Origin: Octopus sinensis
Taxonomy: Eukaryota
Direction: 5' to 3'
Assembly: GCF_006345805.1 (NCBI RefSeq)
Contig: NC_043004.1
Span: 59,458,001-59,522,000 of the forward strand
Length of the DNA: 64,000 nucleotides
Notes under the pieces: model-generated
Database searches by the model: none
What the model was told of the DNA's origin: nothing
What the model saw: the letters and a program-made list of their open reading frames with translations, nothing else
Shown: in pieces, positions 58,756 to 64,000 of the stretch
Layout of the letters: each line of letters starts with the position of its first letter
Numbering within the stretch: the stretch's first letter is position 1
Position numbers and translations under genes: made by a program

Positions 58756-59361
58756 ATTTAACTAAATCTACATCGTGGAAATCGACGAAGATCCATTTAC
58801 GTACTTTACATTTTCTTGTTCATTTATATATCGATCGTAATTTACATACCACAATTTTGATTTCACTTTGTGGTTGTTGATTGTTTTATTCAGCACCAGG
58901 TCTATCTTTATAGATCGCAATTATTTTTGCGTTTATTTAGAACTACATTAAGCAAAATGTCACCATTTCTTTAAGATATTGGGTCATAATTTGATAATAT
59001 TTGGATGCTTTTACTAACAGACCAACGACCACTTAGAATCAACTCACTTGGTTTGCTGCTATTGTGCTGTATAATCTGAGAGCCACTATATAACGTTCTC
59101 TTTTGCAGACGAAAATTGCTTTCTTTTAACTAGTCAAAAATTGCATGTTTTTGGATGCTTTGCAAGCAAATTACCTCGGGTTACTTGCATTCTGAACTCA
59201 CTATCCTAATAAAACACCGAAATGGGCAGTTCGTAGATATCTTGTGAAAGCTAAAAGAAAATTACAAAATTATATATGTTGAAAATAACATACAGATACT
59301 CAAAATGTAATAAAGTCAGTTTAAAATAATTAAAAAGTTCAAAAGTTAAATTATATATATA

Positions 59362-59491
59362 CAGGGTGTCCCAAAAAATGTATACACATAGTGGTTCGGC
59401 AAAAGAGAACGATAGAATAAGTACTAGGCTTACAAAGAATAACAAATTTACAATTATTTAAGGTGTGTATACATTTTTTTGGGACACCCTG
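59362..59491. mobile_element. 130-bp Tc1/mariner-type MITE carrying a SINE A fragment
   Basis: TIR CAGGGTGTCCCAAAAAATGTATACAC / GTGTATACATTTTTTTGGGACACCCTG; TA flanks; 59390-59441 matches SINE A. Confidence 0.9.
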
Positions 59492-59499
59492 TATATATA

Positions 59500-59893
59500 C
59501 TAGTAGTATCGCCCGGCATTACTCAGTTTGTAAGGGAAATAACTATATAAGCATTTTTAGAGATGTAAAGTATAATAGCCATCTCAACATGGCTAACTAC
59601 AAAGGGGGGTGTTACCGTAACTTTTTACGTTCTGAGATTTAATAATAAATTTTTAGAGAGTTACTTCCCTTATATATTCCAAAAATGCATTAAAAATGTG
59701 AAAAATAGATGGTAATTTTTTTTTTAAATCGTAGACTCATCGTAGACGCGCGCTAATACCCAGAAGGGCTCGATATGAATCACGACTATAAGATACCCGG
59801 TTTTGGTTACAGTGCACCGCAAAATGTGAGAGTAGTTAGGAATCTAAATCGTAGGAGACAGACAGCACACAAACTTACTTTTATATATAAAGA
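59500..59893 (-). mobile_element. Non-autonomous Helitron
   Basis: On - strand: 5' TCTTTATATATAAAAG ... CTAG 3', inserted between A and T, with a decayed GC-rich subterminal hairpin (CTGAGTAATGCCGGG). Confidence 0.72.
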
Positions 59894-59930
59894 TATATAT
59901 ATAATATATATATATACCACACACACACAC

Positions 59931-59973
<43 letters not shown>

Positions 59974-59981
59974 TGTGTGGA

Positions 59982-60240
59982 GGCAGCGGACTCGCGGGTT
60001 CGAATCTCAGACCGGGCGATGTGTATGTTTATGAGCGAAACACCTGAGCTCCACGCGCCTCCGGCAGAATGTAATGGCGTACTTCTGCTGACATTTTCGC
60101 CACAACTTTTTCTCCCTTTTTCCTCCTGCATCTTGCCGCTCACCTCCGATGGACCGGCGTCCCGTTCAGGTAGGGAACCTATACGCCAAGGAAGTCGGAA
60201 AACCGGCCCTATGAGCCAAGCATGTCTCGAGAATGAACAT
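59982..60240 (+). mobile_element. tRNA-derived SINE family C, 5'-truncated
   Basis: GCAGCGGACTCGCGGGTTCGAATCTCAGACCGGGCG; similarity to 11690-11850. Confidence 0.8.
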
Positions 60241-60250
60241 ACATGCATAT

Positions 60251-60294
<44 letters not shown>

Positions 60295-60445
60295 AAGCAA
60301 TTAAGATTCAAGTAAATTCCAATGAATTTACTTGAATTTGGTACTTAACTTAGATGCACCAGAAAAACTATATGGTGTTATCCATACAGTAAGTGGGGGG
60401 TGATTATAAACGAAAGAAGACAAGAAGCAACAAGAATGGATTAGT

Positions 60446-60536
60446 TTTTAGTACAATTGTTTCATACAAAGACAGGCTTTATTACAAGTTGCAAAAATTG
60501 CAGCAGATAAAAGTATCCCGTACTCATCAGCTAAAA
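60446..60536 (-). ncRNA. Type I hammerhead ribozyme, intact core
   Basis: UUUUAG-CUGAUGA-GUAC..GUAU-GAAA-CAAUUG-UA^-CUAAAA; palindromic stem III. Confidence 0.78.
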
Positions 60537-60818
60537 TACATTTGAGTTCTCTAGACATCTTAGTGGGTGAGGTTATACTCATGAAATATTGGAGATAGTT
60601 CCATTAGAGGCAGCAGATATAGGTTGTAAACAGTTTTCAAAGTTCCTTAATGATGATGGACAGTCTTATCACAGATTTTTAAAAAACTTATTAGTTTCGA
60701 AGAGAAGAAATCAATCCATAGTGTAGATTTAAATTTCCAGAGATATGAGGAGGATGATGCACAGACTTATCACAGGTTTTTAAAGACTTATTAGCTTCAC
60801 ATATATATATACATATAT

Positions 60819-60854
<36 letters not shown>

Positions 60855-60933
60855 ATGATAAATATCAAAGTGAGTTATATACAGTAGCATCCACCCTTAG
60901 GGGTTAGCCATATTAAATGGCAAAAATACGTCA

Positions 60934-60970
<37 letters not shown>

Positions 60971-61550
60971 TGAAATGACGAAGAGAACACAACAAATGGT
61001 TTCAGTTGAAATTTGGTAATCTAACACTCTAGGAACGAGTTATTCAGTTCTAGGTAAAGTACATGCGTTTCAATCATTCAAAAATGAATAAATGACATGA
61101 GAAGCAAATTGGTATAAAAAAAGAAATCCGTCAAGAAAGAAACAAACAAGGTTTAGATGAAATTGTTTTATGCTGGAAGATACCTACGGAGCAAATTTAT
61201 TGCCAGAAGGCAATTGCTTCTAAATTAGAGTTACTTAACAGAATTAACTTGCTAAAGATGTGGATATGTAAACCAGAGTTTAACGAACCATAGTTGAAAA
61301 TGGAAGATTTACTTATCTATTTCTCTAAATGTGTTAGATGATTGGTATGTTAAACTGCATGTGAGTCAAAAGAGGGGGACCTGTGGGATACTTACTTTGC
61401 CCTGCCTATGCTCACACAGACACAGACACAGGTACACACCCGTATACATGCATACGCATAGGTACGCGCATACACACACACGACATTTATAAACCCATAC
61501 ACATATCTATATACGCATACACTTAAGTGCATATATATATATATATATAT

Positions 61551-61612
<62 letters not shown>

Positions 61613-61790
61613 ATGTTGTATAGATATAAGCAAGAACGTAAATATATAAATACAAAAAGATAGATTGAGAAAATAATAGATAGATTCATGGATAGCTTGA
61701 AAGCTACTTACCTTACTTGACAGATAGATAAATAAATAGATAAATAAATAAATAGATAGAGAAATAAATAGATGGAGGGAGAGACTGATT

Positions 61791-61840
<50 letters not shown>

Positions 61841-61865
61841 CACCCAGACAGATAGATACGCAGAC

Positions 61866-61908
<43 letters not shown>

Positions 61909-62354
61909 AGAGAGACACAGAGAGAGAGACAGAGACAGAGAGAGAGAGAGACAGACAGACAGATATATAGTAATGCAAATAAACTCTCTTGTGCGCATGC
62001 AGAATACATACACTAACAGATATACGCACCGAAATGGGCAAATGTGAGCTCCTAGATTTACAACCTGTCAAATTCTTTTCGAGATCATGTGGATTTCAGA
62101 AATTAACTAATCATCTGCCCCTTTGAGTGCTAGAAGTTAAGAAATAAAGATATAATGGAATAGACGTAAATCAGACGCGGATGACTTGGCACAGCACTCT
62201 TAACGTGTGCATTCCAACAACTGGTTACCGCTGCTGTTATACCTAAGACAAATTATAATATATACTTGTATATATACATAGGTGCATTTACTCATTGGTA
62301 TGTATACATCTATTCATATGTGTGCGCTAATATATATATACAAATACATATACC

Positions 62355-62413
<59 letters not shown>

Positions 62414-62555
62414 CATATACATGCATGTATATAAAATGCACATATATACATCACTATATAAGCTCCGGTTTCAGTTCCACTGTGGGTCAAATGTTTAAGT
62501 TCCTTCTACTAAGCTTCGGTTCGAATATAAAACATTATCAAGGAATTTTGTAGAG

Positions 62556-62574
62556 AGACTGAAAGTAACGTGTC

Positions 62575-62618
<44 letters not shown>

Positions 62619-62935
62619 TATAAATATTATATGTGCATGTATGTATGTATATGTATATATACACTCAAACACGCACACACACATATATGTATTTGTGTGT
62701 TTGTGAGTTTTTTTACGCGTGTGTCTTTGTGTCCGTTTTTGCCCTCCGCCACCGCTTTACAGACAATGTTGGAGACCTTACGTCCTCTTGACTTAGTGTT
62801 TTCGCAAAAGTGATCGACAGAATAATTAATAGGCTCTAAAACTGAAATAATTACTGGGTTCGATTCGATTAAAATTCTACAAGGCTGGGCCCCAACATGG
62901 TAGCAGTCTAGCGACTGAAATAAGTAAAAGATTAG
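62556..62935 (+). mobile_element. SINE family A-related copy, old
   Basis: GACTGAAAG..GTCGTG..ACCGCTTTACAGAC..CCCCAACATGG..GACTGAAATAAGTAAAAG. Confidence 0.6.
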
Positions 62936-63100
62936 AGAAAAAAAATATATATGTATACACACACACACTCACACCAACACACACACACACACACACTCAC
63001 GCACACACACACAGACATACACACACACACTCAAACTGATGTATATGTATGTATAAATATATATATATTTAATTATTACATCATCCTCTCTATTTCTCTA

Positions 63101-63163
<63 letters not shown>

Positions 63164-63172
63164 GTATATATG

Positions 63173-63219
<47 letters not shown>

Positions 63220-63239
63220 ATATATTATATATATATATA

Positions 63240-64000
63240 GTAATACTAAGTAATTAAGGGTTTAGCAACGATTTGCCTCACCACACACCGAATTTAGAAA
63301 TAGCAGTTAAAGAGTTATAGCCTTTATTTCTACTAAAAGGGAGATCTCAGTAAAACCACAGCACTTGAAAGGCAAACACACACAGGCAAGAGAGAAAGAA
63401 ATGACGGCAATCTATCCTACAATTTTAAGTCACCTACGGACGTACGTTTCGAAATTAAGTTTTAGGAAAGCATAAGAATTAGATAATCATGTCTTACACA
63501 ACTTCTTTTCTCATCAGCGTAGGACACTACAATTATGAATAATTGTATATTAAATTTCGAGGTACTAGAAGGCATCATCTCAACTCAGTATCAGAGCGAG
63601 CAAAAGCCGTTACCAGTATCACCAAATTCAAAGTGTGAATGAAAGTCTGTGTCACCAACCCCTTCCCACCAGCGTGTAGCCAAGACAATATGTTGTGGTC
63701 ATTTACTTGGATGAAATATGGTTATCAGTAATAATATAGGGTGAAATTAATTAATTTGGAATAATCATTAATTTCACCATTCAAGGAAAGTTTAAGTAAT
63801 ACTAAGTAATTAAGGGTTTAGCAAAGATTTGCCTCACCACACACCGAATTTAGAAATAGCAGTCAAAGAGTTATAGCCTTTCTTTCTACTAAAAGGGAGA
63901 TCTCAGTAAAACCACAGCACTTGAAAGGCAAACACACACAGGCAAGAGAGAAAGAAATGACGGTAATCTATCCTACAATTTTAAGTCACCTACGGACGTA
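63240..64000 (-). mobile_element. Tandem ~556-bp repeat with one hammerhead per unit (runs off the window end)
   Basis: GTAATACTAAGTAATTAAGGGTTTAGCAA at 63240 and 63796; the units are nearly identical over the ~205 bp visible twice. Confidence 0.9.
63433..63523 (-). ncRNA. Type I hammerhead ribozyme, intact core, GUC cleavage site
   Basis: CCUACG-CUGAUGA-GAAA..UUUC-GAAA-CGUACG-UC^-CGUAGG. Confidence 0.87.

Noticed and set aside
61045-61140. GAAACGCAUGUA on - strand resembling an HHR 3' half
   Set aside because: No matching CUGANGA with a complementary stem I was found.

Overview
AT-rich, microsatellite-saturated eukaryotic DNA with no intact protein-coding gene that I can support. Most listed ORFs are translations of (ATT)n, (TA)n, (TATC)n or (CA)n tracts. 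The SINE repertoire and microsatellite load suggest an octopus (cephalopod) genome; this is an inference. The window is a transposon graveyard: R4/Dong-type LINEs in (TAA)n, an L1/Tx1 LINE, CR1 and RTE 3' fragments, Penelope-like element (PLE) fragments, decayed mariner and Tc1/maT transposons, MITEs, a non-autonomous Helitron, and many copies of several tRNA-derived SINEs. The most interesting signal is at least five unrelated short repeat families that each carry a type I hammerhead ribozyme (HHR) fold; three copies have fully intact cores. One family is a composite of a tRNA-like Pol III head, an (AAT)n linker and an HHR-bearing tail, with 13-bp target-site duplications (TSDs) and a PLE-style inverted junction. 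It is a candidate hammerhead-carrying SINE mobilised by PLEs. Two near-identical duplications, one across a 100-N gap, are probably assembly artefacts. All folds and alignments were done by eye, and boundaries of decayed elements are approximate.
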